62,958 nt of DNA. Source: Pseudomonadota bacterium. Its GTDB lineage: Bacteria; Desulfobacterota; QYQD01. Both the position numbers and the translations under genes were made by a program. The stretch lies in contig DSAQ01000150.1 in NCBI GenBank assembly GCA_011046395.1, positions 1-62,958 of the forward strand. The letters are read 5' to 3'. The notes below the pieces were generated by a model. It saw nothing but the letters and a program-made list of their open reading frames with translations. It ran no database searches and had not been told where the DNA came from. This document shows positions 37,491 to 47,222 of this stretch, in pieces. Position 1 is the stretch's first letter. Every line of letters begins with the position of its first letter.

Positions 37491-37621
37491 AACCACAGAG
37501 AACACGGAGAAATTAACAAATTAATCAATAATCCCACCCTCTTATCCATTATCTCCAGGTAATATCTTTTAAAGAAAATTCTTTTTGAGAATACAGAGAT
37601 TCCTCTGTGGACTCTGTGGTT
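37491..37621. repeat. CACAGAG-type inverted-repeat element between co-directional genes
   Basis: AACCACAGAGAACACGGAGAAA ... AT-rich spacer ... CAGAGATTCCTCTGTGGACTCTGTGGTT. Confidence 0.75.
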
Positions 37622-37633
37622 TCATAGTGCTTC

Positions 37634-38347
37634 CTATTCCTTCTTGGCCTTGGATTTGGTCATGGTCAGTCCTATTCCATTGAATATCTCATAGATTGAA
37701 TAACCAAACCACAACGTATAGATGACGTAGAAAACCAGAAATGCCACCAGCAGCGCCGCGCGGTCTTTCACCTTCTCCGGCTTTATCCCATAGAAATTGT
37801 ATCCTGGTTCGATAACCTTGGTCACCACCTCGCCCAGAAAGATCGATCCCTCAAAACGCTCCTGCTTTTCCAACTCTTTGCCCAAGCTCTTGAAAGCGCT
37901 ATGCCAGATATACATAACCTCTTTCTCATTGAAGCCGTATTTCGCGGCCACCTCGTCTCCCCGGTTGTTGAACATGAGGTCCGCGTCGTGCTCCGCAGCC
38001 AGCATGGTCTTACCGTAGTCGCCACCCGCCAACGTAAGTGTCTCGCCCGCCACCGTAGCCGTAGAGCCGTTCTTCCCGAAGAGAACAGCGGCCTTTTCCG
38101 CCTCGGCAGCGTTTCCCATCTTGAGCGTTATTTCCAGGGCTTTGCCCACGAACTTCTCACTTTTCTCCATATACTTCGGGATAAAGTTCGTCGATCCCTT
38201 GGCCAGGGAGTTGAACATCTCATCCGCATAGATAATCGTCGTCTTGCCGTCAAAAAGCGGCAAAAACATGATAACGTAAAATACTATGGCAAAAGAGACT
38301 AGCAAGAGTAGCCCCAGATTGAATGTCTTTGCGTTTTTCACTAACAT
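37634..38347 (-). CDS. Hypothetical membrane protein (TM at each end, soluble middle), partner of TSUP permease
   Basis: 237 aa. Hydrophobic segments at about residues 10-30 and 195-215. It starts 4 nt after the upstream permease gene. No motif recognised. Confidence 0.55.
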   Translation of the reverse strand: MLVKNAKTFNLGLLLLVSFAIVFYVIMFLPLFDGKTTIIYADEMFNSLAKGSTNFIPKYMEKSEKFVGKALEITLKMGNAAEAEKAAVLFGKNGSTATVAGETLTLAGGDYGKTMLAAEHDADLMFNNRGDEVAAKYGFNEKEVMYIWHSAFKSLGKELEKQERFEGSIFLGEVVTKVIEPGYNFYGIKPEKVKDRAALLVAFLVFYVIYTLWFGYSIYEIFNGIGLTMTKSKAKKE

Positions 38348-38350
38348 CGT

Positions 38351-39613
38351 TTATCCCTCCCCTCTCAATGTTTTCATGTTCCCAAAAAACTTGCCAAAGA
38401 CGAACAGGCCGAAGGTCGTGACCACTGCAAAAAAGAGGACTATGCCTATGGTATCAAACATGTTGCCCGTACCTTTGGATATCTCTATCCACCCCAGCTC
38501 ACCGAACTTCTTGGGAAGGGCGAACAGCCGGTTGAAGAAGCCGGCTAGGACGGCCATGGCGTAGAAGGCACGGATATAGATGCCGCGCACCACCTTGGTC
38601 GTCAACGCCCCAATCTGGATGCCGATGAGGGACCCGAGGAGCATGCCCATGGCCAGGGTGTAGAAAACGAAGCCATAGATGGCGTACTGCGAGATAGAGG
38701 CAAACCCGGCCGTCATGATGATTTGAAGAATATCAGTACCAACCGTGGTAAACGAAGACACACCGAGTATATAGACGAAAATGGGGAAGGTCAGGAAGCC
38801 GCCGCCCACACCCATGATGGCAGCCACAAAACCGACAAAGGTCCCACAGATTCCAACAATCCAGGCCGACAGTTTCCTGCCGCCGGGAACGAGGTCTTCA
38901 TCAAAAGCAATCATGGGCGGCATATTGATGCCCTGCAGTTTTCGGGGCAGACCCGTCAATTCACCAACCGGGCCGCCGCCGTGCGCCCCTCCGGTATCGC
39001 CGGCCTTACTGGCCTTAAAGAAGTCGAGCATCGCGTAAAGGCCCAGGAAACCGAGCAGCACCGCGTATATGATACTGATGAAGGTGTCGCTGATGACCGG
39101 GTTCATGTTGTAGAGGGCCCGGTTGATCACACCGCCACCCAGTACGCCCACGATAGAACCGCCAACAAAGGCGATGGCCAGCCCCACGGACACGTTACCC
39201 AGTTTCTTGTGCACCGCCGTTCCCATGATGGCCTTGGCAAAGATGTGAAAAAGGTCCGTGCCTACGGCCGTGATACCCTTGATCCCGGCGCTCATCAGAG
39301 CGGGGGCGATGACAAACCCGCCACCGGCACCGATGCAACCTGTGATGAGACCAGCGACCAGACCTATGGCTATCGACGACAAGAATATGGTCGTGGTATA
39401 CGTAGCCGGGGCATAGGCCTTCTTGCCGCCCAGGATCAACGGCAGGTCAGCGGCCGATGCTATCACCACTGCCAGAATCGGCAGCAGCAATGCAAGTAAT
39501 ATCAGCAATTTTTTCCTGTTTTTCAAGATGGACATAGATGTTTCATAGTCCCATCTGGCATGCGCCATGGATGCAGTCTTAAGTACTTCGTATACTTTTT
39601 TAAATGAATTCAT
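38351..39613 (-). CDS. TSUP (TauE/SafE, DUF81) family anion permease, long form
   Basis: 420 aa, polytopic. It has two internal repeats with Gly-rich 'GCIGAGGGFVIAP' and 'IMGVGGGFLTFP', 'GTDLFHI'/'GTDILQI', and a central 'INMPPMIAF' segment shared with the 59785..60813 paralogue. Confidence 0.75.
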   Translation of the reverse strand: MNSFKKVYEVLKTASMAHARWDYETSMSILKNRKKLLILLALLLPILAVVIASAADLPLILGGKKAYAPATYTTTIFLSSIAIGLVAGLITGCIGAGGGFVIAPALMSAGIKGITAVGTDLFHIFAKAIMGTAVHKKLGNVSVGLAIAFVGGSIVGVLGGGVINRALYNMNPVISDTFISIIYAVLLGFLGLYAMLDFFKASKAGDTGGAHGGGPVGELTGLPRKLQGINMPPMIAFDEDLVPGGRKLSAWIVGICGTFVGFVAAIMGVGGGFLTFPIFVYILGVSSFTTVGTDILQIIMTAGFASISQYAIYGFVFYTLAMGMLLGSLIGIQIGALTTKVVRGIYIRAFYAMAVLAGFFNRLFALPKKFGELGWIEISKGTGNMFDTIGIVLFFAVVTTFGLFVFGKFFGNMKTLRGEG

Positions 39614-39938
39614 GAGATGTCCAACCTCCTTTTTTGACCCAAATTAGACAGAAAATGTCTTTTCCTTATTCATATTATACTAATCTATTCGCTGACTTAC
39701 CCTAAAGTTCCCCCCTTTCTTTTTAGTCTCCTATCTTTAAGATTTTCTGCTCACGCATGGCTACTTGGTGTTTGCTTCAAGACCGCTTCGCATATACTTA
39801 CAAAAAACATGCCTCCAGTAAAAAGGGCTTATTATTAGAAGCAATTAATTTAATATTATCTAATAATATTAAATTCTTATATCTTAAGCATACACAAATA
39901 CATTTTTCCGTTTTTTGTACCTCTTCGGTTTATTTATA

Positions 39939-40021
39939 GTCTAAAATACGACCCTAAGCAGTCAATTATCTGTTAATGACAGATAATATGGGCATAACTT
40001 TATTTGTCTAAGATACGACCC
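39939..40021. promoter_or_regulatory. Direct repeats flanking a palindrome in the activator / permease-operon intergenic region
   Basis: GTCTAAAATACGACCC (39939-39954) and GTCTAAGATACGACCC (40006-40021) flank ATTATCTGT-TAATG-ACAGATAAT (39965-39987). A 12-bp AT palindrome lies at 39847-39875. Confidence 0.4.
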
Positions 40022-40146
40022 GGACGTCTAATATTCGTCCCTTTACAGTGAACTGGATGCTTCCTTTGACTTGGACGAAGTGTTTGTGTGGCTGCTTAAT
40101 CTATAATGGAAGGGGGGGCCACCGATGGTTTGTATAGACTATGACC

Positions 40147-42072
40147 CTATAGGATCATTTCCAATTTATAACGTTTAACCTTGCTATATAGAGTGGAACG
40201 GGTAATGCCTAATCTTCGCGCCGCTTCATGTTTATTCCAGTTGGATTCGTCAAGCACCCGAGCTATGAGTTTTTTTTCATTTTCAGCCAGAGAAGTGGAT
40301 GGATAGATATATGTTTCACGGAGATGGGGAGGCAAGCATTTCTCTTTAATGGTGTTACCTTTAGTAAGGATAACAGCAAGCTCCACTGCATTTTGCAATT
40401 CACGTACGTTACCGGGCCAGTCATGGTCAAGGAATAACTGTATAACCTTAGGATCAAAGTCCTGGATGTCTTTCCCCTCTCTTTCGTTATACTTGGCCAG
40501 GAAATGACTGCAAAGCGGAACAATATCCTCTTTGCGCTGGCGAAGTGGTGGAAGATCAATAGAGATTACATTGAGACGATAAAAAAGGTCTTCTCTAAAG
40601 TTTCCGGCGGCCATTTCTTCTTTGAGGTTCTTGTTGGTAGCAGCTATAATGCGTACATCAGCTATTATGGTTTTTTCTCCACCCACGCGCTCAAAACATT
40701 TATCCTGGAGGACTCTGAGAAGAGAAACCTGGGTCGTCAAAGGTACTTCACCAATCTCATCAAGGAAAATAGTTCCTTCCTGGGCCAGATCAAAACGTCC
40801 CAGTTTACGCTTTATAGCGCCGGTAAAGGCTCCCTTCTCGTGGCCAAAAAGTTCACTTTCAATGAGAGAACTGGGATAAGCTGAACAGTTGGCTATTATA
40901 AAGGGACCATCTCGCCGGGGGCTGAGGGCGTGAATGCTCTGCGCTACCAACTGTTTTCCTGTGCCATTTTCACCGGTAATGAGCACCGTGGCCGTGGTAG
41001 CGGCAATGTCCTGGATTAGGTTGTAAATCTGTTGCATTTCCCGGCTCTGACCAACCAGTGATAAAAACGAAAATCGATTAGGTGCATAGGCCTTCGGGTC
41101 GCTAAGGTGTTCTTCAAAACGAAGGGCATGCCATATCGGGCCGGAAACCAAGTCAAGCAGGTTATAGAAGAATTCTGAATCTACCGAAGAAATCTTTTTG
41201 GATTGGTGAAAAGCAATGACGTAATAGGCAAAGCATTGTTTCTCAAAGAAAAGAGGAAAGGCATGCCACATGTGGTAGATTTTCAAAAGTTCATCAAAGG
41301 GTGTAGATGTACTGCGGTGATCATTACCGCTGTAAACTACAGCGTGGTCCAGGCTTGTCATCCATTGCAGGAAAGAGCCGATGGAACGACGGTTTATCGT
41401 TGGTGGTAGACTGGCTTTGCTTAGAGTAACTAGGTCGGTTGATGTGGAATTTGGGGCGAAAAAGAGCCTTTCAGCACCTAAAAAGATATCCTTAGCTACC
41501 TTATCTATAGAGCGGATAATCTCTTCAGGAGACGACTTAGCCAGGATCTTTTTTTGATAAGTCAACAGTCCAAACAGGCGTCGGAGGTTGTCGCCATATT
41601 CTTTGACCTGTTTTTCCAATCGTCTTTTCCCGGTAATGTCCTTAGCAACGGCAATGATTCCTGCAATATTTCCGTGTACGTCTTTAATAGGAGAAACCGT
41701 TAGTTCGACATGGACTAATTTTCTGCTTTTGGTCAGGCGTACCGTCTCATAACGTTTAACTTCCTTTTTATTTACGATTTTAGCTATAATACTAAGTGTT
41801 TCGCCCTTTACTTCTTCCGGCTCTAATACCTCTGCGGCCAGGCCCAAGACATCTTTTTCCCTATAGCCATACAACTGTTCAGCTCCCTTATTCCATAAGG
41901 TAATGCGCCCCTCCAGGTCTTTGCAAATAATGGCATTATCGGTTAGGTTAATGGCCTCAAAGAGGTATTCGTGCCCGGGAGGTGTACGGTATGATTCTTG
42001 ACCAACGAAATTATTTTTGTGCAGATGTGAAAGGCGGTCGCTTTTACTTGTTGTGATTTGTGATTTGCCCAT
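40147..42072 (-). CDS. Sigma-54-dependent transcriptional activator (PAS - sensory region - AAA+ - Fis HTH)
   Basis: PAS 'ICKDLEGRITLWNKGAEQLYGY', Walker A 'GENGTGKQ', 'GAFTGA', 'FLDEIGE', 'REDLFYRLNV', and C-terminal HTH 'AARRLGITRSTLYSKVKRY'. Confidence 0.85.
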   Translation of the reverse strand: MGKSQITTSKSDRLSHLHKNNFVGQESYRTPPGHEYLFEAINLTDNAIICKDLEGRITLWNKGAEQLYGYREKDVLGLAAEVLEPEEVKGETLSIIAKIVNKKEVKRYETVRLTKSRKLVHVELTVSPIKDVHGNIAGIIAVAKDITGKRRLEKQVKEYGDNLRRLFGLLTYQKKILAKSSPEEIIRSIDKVAKDIFLGAERLFFAPNSTSTDLVTLSKASLPPTINRRSIGSFLQWMTSLDHAVVYSGNDHRSTSTPFDELLKIYHMWHAFPLFFEKQCFAYYVIAFHQSKKISSVDSEFFYNLLDLVSGPIWHALRFEEHLSDPKAYAPNRFSFLSLVGQSREMQQIYNLIQDIAATTATVLITGENGTGKQLVAQSIHALSPRRDGPFIIANCSAYPSSLIESELFGHEKGAFTGAIKRKLGRFDLAQEGTIFLDEIGEVPLTTQVSLLRVLQDKCFERVGGEKTIIADVRIIAATNKNLKEEMAAGNFREDLFYRLNVISIDLPPLRQRKEDIVPLCSHFLAKYNEREGKDIQDFDPKVIQLFLDHDWPGNVRELQNAVELAVILTKGNTIKEKCLPPHLRETYIYPSTSLAENEKKLIARVLDESNWNKHEAARRLGITRSTLYSKVKRYKLEMIL

Positions 42073-42170
42073 TTAGTCGTGTTCTCCAATCCATTCACAA
42101 TTAACATGGATTAGTCTGACAACTTTTAAAAAATCAGGTCCTTTGAGCCTCTTGCAAAAGTCCCAATTCT

Positions 42171-42254
42171 GTCATTCCCGCAGCGATTCTGAGCGGGAAT
42201 CTGGTTCTCGCTGCTTGAAAAACCATATCCCCGATAGAAACATTCGGGGATGAC
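42171..42254. repeat. Nested palindromic intergenic element (copy 2 of 2)
   Basis: GTCATTCCCGC...GCGGGAAT and ATCCCCGA...TCGGGGATGAC. Same outer arms and double-hairpin plan as 11801-11868. It underlies the artefactual ORF 42126..42353. Confidence 0.75.
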
Positions 42255-42340
42255 AAACAGTTTTGCAAGGGCCTTTTTTATATATTTATATTTATTACCC
42301 TGTAAGTCAAGATATTGCAGAGATTTTAGGAACAAATTCA

Positions 42341-42368
42341 TTGACAATGGCATTATCTATTTCATAAT
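42341..42368 (+). promoter_or_regulatory. Putative sigma-70 promoter of the PpsA-like gene
   Basis: TTGACA (42341-42346), 16-nt spacer, CATAAT (42363-42368). It lies about 33 nt upstream of the ATG at 42401. Confidence 0.45.
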
Positions 42369-42400
42369 ATTAGAAAAATCTTAAGGAAATTGATCGATTT

Positions 42401-45010
42401 ATGTTTGGACTCAAAGAGTTTTTTAAGAAGCTGCGAGGGGTTAAGCCTCGGGAGGCCAGAGAAGAAGAGTCTCCTGATGCCGTTCGCCTTGCCTTTACGA
42501 ACCGGTATCTGAATTTTAAAACCCTTTTAAGCACCAATAACAAGGTATTAGAAATCATAACCGACATGGAACAGGCCCTGGTTAGCAGCCACAGTTTCGG
42601 TATGTCGTTTATAAGGGCCAACTGTACTGCCATTTCCGTCAATATGTACAAGATCATACAGACCTTAAACGAAATAACCGTTGGTCGATACCGGGAACTT
42701 TTTGAGGTGTTCGAAGATATCTGGGTAAAAATTGACCAGGAATTAAAAGGCAAAAAAATCCCAGCCAGAGGGGACTTAGTGTTTCCTCTCGAGGCTGTTG
42801 ATAAGGAAATGGCTGATCAGGCTGGAAGTAAGATGGCCAACCTGGGGGAAATCAAAAATCGGATTGGCCTGTCTGTTCCCGAAGGTTTTGTCATTACAGC
42901 CACGGCTTATGATCGGCTCTTAGAGCACAATCGTCTGCAAGATGAGATTAACCGCCGGATTCAATTCCTGGAACCGGAAAATATCGCCCGGCTTTATGAA
43001 ACCAGTGCCGATATCCATAAACTTATCATCAATGCACCCCTTCCCTTAGAACTGGAAGAGGCCATTCGGCAGGCTTATCAGGATGTAATTAAAAAGGTGG
43101 GCCGGGGTGCCAATGTTTCCATGCGCAGCAGTGCCATCGGGGAAGATACAAAAGAGGCCTCTTTTGCCGGACAGTACCGCTCCATACTCAACGTAAGCCC
43201 TGACTATCTAATCCTCTCTTACAAAGAGATACTGGCCAGTAAATATTCCGTCCCGGCCATTGCCTACCGTTTGAACAAGGGATTCCGGGATGAAGACATC
43301 GGTATGTGTGTCGGCTGCATGGCCATGATCGATGCCAAGGCCGGTGGCGTAATGTATTCTACCGATCCCGCCAATATACGCCACGAGTGTATCATGATTA
43401 ATGCAGTCTGGGGGCTGGGTAAATCAGTGGTGGATGGAAGCATAGCCCCGGATCTTTTTGTCCTCTCCAAAGGGGATCCGAAAATTATTCTTAAAAAGGA
43501 GGTTAGTACCAAGGGGCAGAAGTTTGTTTGCCACGCTGAGGAAGGGATATGCCGCATGGAGGTGGTGGAGAAAGAAAAAGATGATCCGGCAATTACCGAC
43601 GAGCAAGCCTCTTTGCTGGCTGAACTGGCCCTCCGCCTGGAAAGATATTTTGGCTGTCCCCAGGATATTGAATGGGCCATTGAACCGGATGGCTCGATCC
43701 GGATATTACAGAGCCGGCCACTGATGGTAATTGGCCAGGATTTGGCCGTACCTGAAGAGATCGCTGAATCAAAAGTTGACCTTCCAGTAATCTTAGCCGG
43801 GGGAGTAACCGCTTGCCCGGGCGTGGCCACCGGCCCCGCCTTCGTAGTGAAGACGACTGTGGATATGTTGCAGTTTCCCCGCGGGGCTGTCCTTGTGGCT
43901 ATGAATCCTTTGCCCCAATGGGCAGCGGTCTTAAATAGTGCGGCCGCTGTCGTCACCGACCGGGGAGGGATCACCGGCCACCTGGCGGCCGTGGCCCGTG
44001 AGTTCAAAGTTCCGGCCCTTTTGGGAACCTCAACTGCCACCCGGGAAATCAAGAGCGGAGACCTCATTACCGTGGATGCCGATGGCGGCAAGGTTTATGC
44101 CGGCCGGGCAGAATCTCTCTTGCAGAAGGCGTCTGAGAGGGTAAGCTTGATGAAGGGGAGTCCTGTTTATGTTACTCTGGAAAAGGTCCTGAAATATATT
44201 GCGCCGCTCAACCTTACGGACCCGGATGCCTCTAATTTTAGGCCTCAAGGGTGCCAGACCATACATGACATTACCCGTTTTGCCCATGAGATGTCCTTAC
44301 GGGAGCTTTTTGCTTACAAGAAGGAGGTTTCTTTCCCGGAACATCTGGCCAAAAGGTTGGTCTTCGATGTCCCCATGCAGTGGTGGGTTATTGATCTGGA
44401 TGGTGGGTTTAGAAAAGAGATTGAAGGAAACACGGTCAGCCTTGAAGACATTACCTCCATTCCCATGTTGGCTTTGTGGAAGGGGATAACGGCCGTGCCC
44501 TGGGAAGGTCCACCACCGGTGAATACGAAGGGATTCCTTTCTATAATATACGAATCAACCATGGATACCAGCCTTGTACCGGGCATAGGTTCACGTTTTG
44601 CCGAACGGAATTACTTCATCATATCCAGAAATTTTTGCCATCTGAGCTCGAGATTTGGCTTCCATTTTTCGACTGTAGAGGCCTTTTTGAGTGACAGTGT
44701 GGCGGAAAATTACATCTGCTTTAATTTTAAGGGCGGCGCGGCCGACCATACGCGCAAAAAGCGAAGGGTCAACCTTATTAAGGCTCTCCTGGAAAAATTT
44801 GATTTTTGGGTACAGGTCAGGGGTGACCTTATTTTCGCCCGGCTGGAACGACAGGAGCAGGATTTCTTAAAACAGAGATTGAAAGTTATCGGTTATCTCA
44901 CTATGCATACCAGGCAGCTGGATATGACCCTGTCCAACAACGGAATGGTAAACTGGTACGTGCAAGAAATGCTAAAACAGATTTCCTCCTTTGCGGCCAT
45001 CCCGCAATAA
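42401..45010 (+). CDS. PEP synthase-like enzyme: N-terminal unknown region + ATP-grasp (PPDK_N) + phosphohistidine swivel domain + non-canonical C-terminal domain
   Basis: 'GSKMANLGEIKNRIGLSVPEGFVITATAY', 'VSMRSSAIGEDTKEASFAGQY' and 'DIEWAIEPDGSIRILQSRP' indicate a PpsA/PPDK nucleotide-binding domain. 'VVTDRGGITGHLAAVAREFKVPALLG' is the mobile His domain. The last ~300 aa lack PEP/pyruvate TIM-barrel motifs. Confidence 0.8.
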   Translation: MFGLKEFFKKLRGVKPREAREEESPDAVRLAFTNRYLNFKTLLSTNNKVLEIITDMEQALVSSHSFGMSFIRANCTAISVNMYKIIQTLNEITVGRYRELFEVFEDIWVKIDQELKGKKIPARGDLVFPLEAVDKEMADQAGSKMANLGEIKNRIGLSVPEGFVITATAYDRLLEHNRLQDEINRRIQFLEPENIARLYETSADIHKLIINAPLPLELEEAIRQAYQDVIKKVGRGANVSMRSSAIGEDTKEASFAGQYRSILNVSPDYLILSYKEILASKYSVPAIAYRLNKGFRDEDIGMCVGCMAMIDAKAGGVMYSTDPANIRHECIMINAVWGLGKSVVDGSIAPDLFVLSKGDPKIILKKEVSTKGQKFVCHAEEGICRMEVVEKEKDDPAITDEQASLLAELALRLERYFGCPQDIEWAIEPDGSIRILQSRPLMVIGQDLAVPEEIAESKVDLPVILAGGVTACPGVATGPAFVVKTTVDMLQFPRGAVLVAMNPLPQWAAVLNSAAAVVTDRGGITGHLAAVAREFKVPALLGTSTATREIKSGDLITVDADGGKVYAGRAESLLQKASERVSLMKGSPVYVTLEKVLKYIAPLNLTDPDASNFRPQGCQTIHDITRFAHEMSLRELFAYKKEVSFPEHLAKRLVFDVPMQWWVIDLDGGFRKEIEGNTVSLEDITSIPMLALWKGITAVPWEGPPPVNTKGFLSIIYESTMDTSLVPGIGSRFAERNYFIISRNFCHLSSRFGFHFSTVEAFLSDSVAENYICFNFKGGAADHTRKKRRVNLIKALLEKFDFWVQVRGDLIFARLERQEQDFLKQRLKVIGYLTMHTRQLDMTLSNNGMVNWYVQEMLKQISSFAAIPQ

Positions 45011-45013
45011 TTC

Positions 45014-45056
45014 TTCACCGCAAAGGGCAGAGTGAGGGCGCTTTCTCTGCGGTGAA
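45014..45056. terminator. Hairpin of the TTCACCRCAGAG repeat family after the PpsA-like gene
   Basis: TTCACCGCAAAG ... CTCTGCGGTGAA (one mismatch) starts 4 nt after the stop codon. There is no strong T-tract. Confidence 0.4.
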
Positions 45057-45064
45057 TTATAAGA

Positions 45065-46759
45065 TTGGATATGGATAGAGAAGAAAATAGATCCAGCTAT
45101 TATAGGACCTTGCGACGCCAGTTCATGGCCATTATTTTGTTTATCGCCTTCGTCCCCCTGGTACTGTTGAGCGGTACTATTTATTATCATTATAGCCGTA
45201 CCGTTAAGGAAAAGATCAGAAACGAATTAAAAAATGTGGCGGAAAACAGAAAAAGTACCATTGATCTCTTCCTGAAAGATCGGGCCATCAACTTGGGTGT
45301 CCTGGCCCATACACACAGTTTTGATTACCTGAGAGACAGGAAAAACCTGGACGTTGTCTTTCAATTATTAAAAAGGGTTGATAGTGCCTTTGTGGACCTG
45401 GGCGTAATCGATGGTAATGGTCTTCAGGTCGCTTATATAGGAGCGTATGCCTTAGAGGGCAAAGATTATAGTTCGGCCGGGTGGTTTCAATCGGTTATGC
45501 GTAATAAAGAGGTTTATATCAGCGACGTCTTTCCTGGTTTTAGAAAAGTCCCCCATTTCGTTATTGCCATCAAGAGAGTAGAGGCGGGGAGGCCGTGGAT
45601 ACTACGGGCCACAATAGATACAGAAACTATAAATCATTTTATGAGTACAGCACTTTTGGGTAAAAGAGGTAATGCTTATATCTTAAATCGGGAAGGTGTC
45701 TATCAGATATGCGGCCGTGACCCTGGCCGGGTCCTGAATAAATCAGATTTCAAGATACCCCCCTTGTTTTCCGGTATAAATGAAGAGGAAAAATATGGTC
45801 CGCAGGGCGAGCCAGCACTTTATGCCATGGCCTGGTTAAAGAACAACGACTGGCTGATGGTAATTGAACAGAACTTAAAAGATGAGTTGGGCCCCATGAT
45901 CCATGTTAAGAACATCGTTCTGGCCATATTTGCAGTCAGTTCTCTGATTATTATTTTTAGTACGGTTCTTATTACCAGGCGGGTAATCGGCCGCCTGGAA
46001 GAAATCGACAGGGAACGATCTAAACTTACCAACCAGCTTGTCCACGCCGATAAACTAGCCTCTATCGGTAGATTGGCGACTGGTATTGCCCATGAGATCA
46101 ATAACCCGCTGGCGGTCATCGCTGAAAAGGCCGGATGGATGGAAGACCTGCTGAGCGAAGGTGATATAAAGAAGGACCCCAATTATAGCGAGTTACTCAA
46201 GGCTACCCAGGACATCAAGAAACACGTTAATCGTGGCAAGAAGGTTACACATCGCCTCCTGGGGTTTGCCCGAAGGATGGAGATGGTGTATGAAGAGATA
46301 GATTTAAACTCCACCCTGGATGAAACGGTTTATTTTCTGGAAAGAGAGGCCAGATTTCGCAATATCGATATAATCAAAGAATACCAGGATTCCCTGCCCA
46401 GGATATTCAGTGATGGCGCACAATTACAACAGGTTTTTCTCAATATGTTTAACAATGCCATAGACGCTATTGAAAAAAATGGTAAGATATTGATCTCGAC
46501 GAAAAGCGTGCACGGGGACATTCAGGTTTCCATCGCCGACACCGGACCGGGTATCCCCGGGGAGAATCTGGAAAGGTTATTCGATCCATTTTATACCACC
46601 AAGCCGGTCAATAAAGGCACTGGCCTGGGACTTTCCATCAGTTATGGTATAATAAAAAATTTAGGCGGCCAGATCAAGGTCGAAAGCGAGGTCGGCAAAG
46701 GGACCACTTTTCATATTATTTTGCCCAAACATTTTCAGCAACCAGCTATCAGCGGCTGA
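45065..46759 (+). CDS. Sensor histidine kinase (TM - Cache/PDC-like periplasmic domain - TM - HisKA - HATPase), paralogue 1
   Basis: Two TMs bracket about 250 aa. H-box '[13 protein letters not shown]', N-box 'FLNMFNNAIDA', G-boxes 'DTGPGIP' and 'GTGLGLSISY'. TTG start at 45065 (ATG at 45071). Confidence 0.85.
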   Translation: MDMDREENRSSYYRTLRRQFMAIILFIAFVPLVLLSGTIYYHYSRTVKEKIRNELKNVAENRKSTIDLFLKDRAINLGVLAHTHSFDYLRDRKNLDVVFQLLKRVDSAFVDLGVIDGNGLQVAYIGAYALEGKDYSSAGWFQSVMRNKEVYISDVFPGFRKVPHFVIAIKRVEAGRPWILRATIDTETINHFMSTALLGKRGNAYILNREGVYQICGRDPGRVLNKSDFKIPPLFSGINEEEKYGPQGEPALYAMAWLKNNDWLMVIEQNLKDELGPMIHVKNIVLAIFAVSSLIIIFSTVLITRRVIGRLEEIDRERSKLTNQLVHADKLASIGRLATGIAHEINNPLAVIAEKAGWMEDLLSEGDIKKDPNYSELLKATQDIKKHVNRGKKVTHRLLGFARRMEMVYEEIDLNSTLDETVYFLEREARFRNIDIIKEYQDSLPRIFSDGAQLQQVFLNMFNNAIDAIEKNGKILISTKSVHGDIQVSIADTGPGIPGENLERLFDPFYTTKPVNKGTGLGLSISYGIIKNLGGQIKVESEVGKGTTFHIILPKHFQQPAISG

Positions 46760-46802
46760 GTGCTGACTGCTGATTGCGGAAAGCTAAATAAGGAGTGAGA
46801 AA

Positions 46803-47222
46803 ATGGAAGATATCCGGTTATTGCTGGTCGATGACGAGGAGGACTTTAGAACTACTCTGGCCAACAGGTTAAAGAAGAGAAAAATCGATGCTACAGGCGC
46901 TGGCAGCGGCAGTGAGGCCATAGAACTGGTCAGACTAAGGTCTTTTGACGTGGCTATAGTTGATGTCAAGATGCCCGGGATAGATGGTATTGAGACATTG
47001 AGGCAGATCAAACAGATCAGCCCTCTCATGGAGGTTATTATGCTTACCGGGCATGCCTCGGTCGAGTCGGGAATAGAGGGGATGAAACTGGGGGCCTACG
47101 ATTACCTGATGAAGCCCTGCGATATCGATGAGCTTCTGCTCAAGGTCGGAGATGCCTACCACCGTAAACTGGTCCAGGAAGAGCGTATTCACCAGGCCGA
47201 ACTGAAACAAGAAGGCCGGTGA
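46803..47222 (+). CDS. Single-domain response regulator (receiver only), paralogue 1
   Basis: 'LLLVDDEEDF', 'DVAIVDVKMPGIDG', 'VIMLTGH', and 'DYLMKP'. 139 aa with no output domain. Confidence 0.9.
   Translation: MEDIRLLLVDDEEDFRTTLANRLKKRKIDATGAGSGSEAIELVRLRSFDVAIVDVKMPGIDGIETLRQIKQISPLMEVIMLTGHASVESGIEGMKLGAYDYLMKPCDIDELLLKVGDAYHRKLVQEERIHQAELKQEGR

Noticed and set aside
38723-39499. 258-aa plus-strand ORF opposite the TSUP permease (similar cases: 43264..44091, 7915..8595, 49728..50384)
   Set aside because: These are antisense to genes with clear family signatures. They have low-complexity composition and no RBS.
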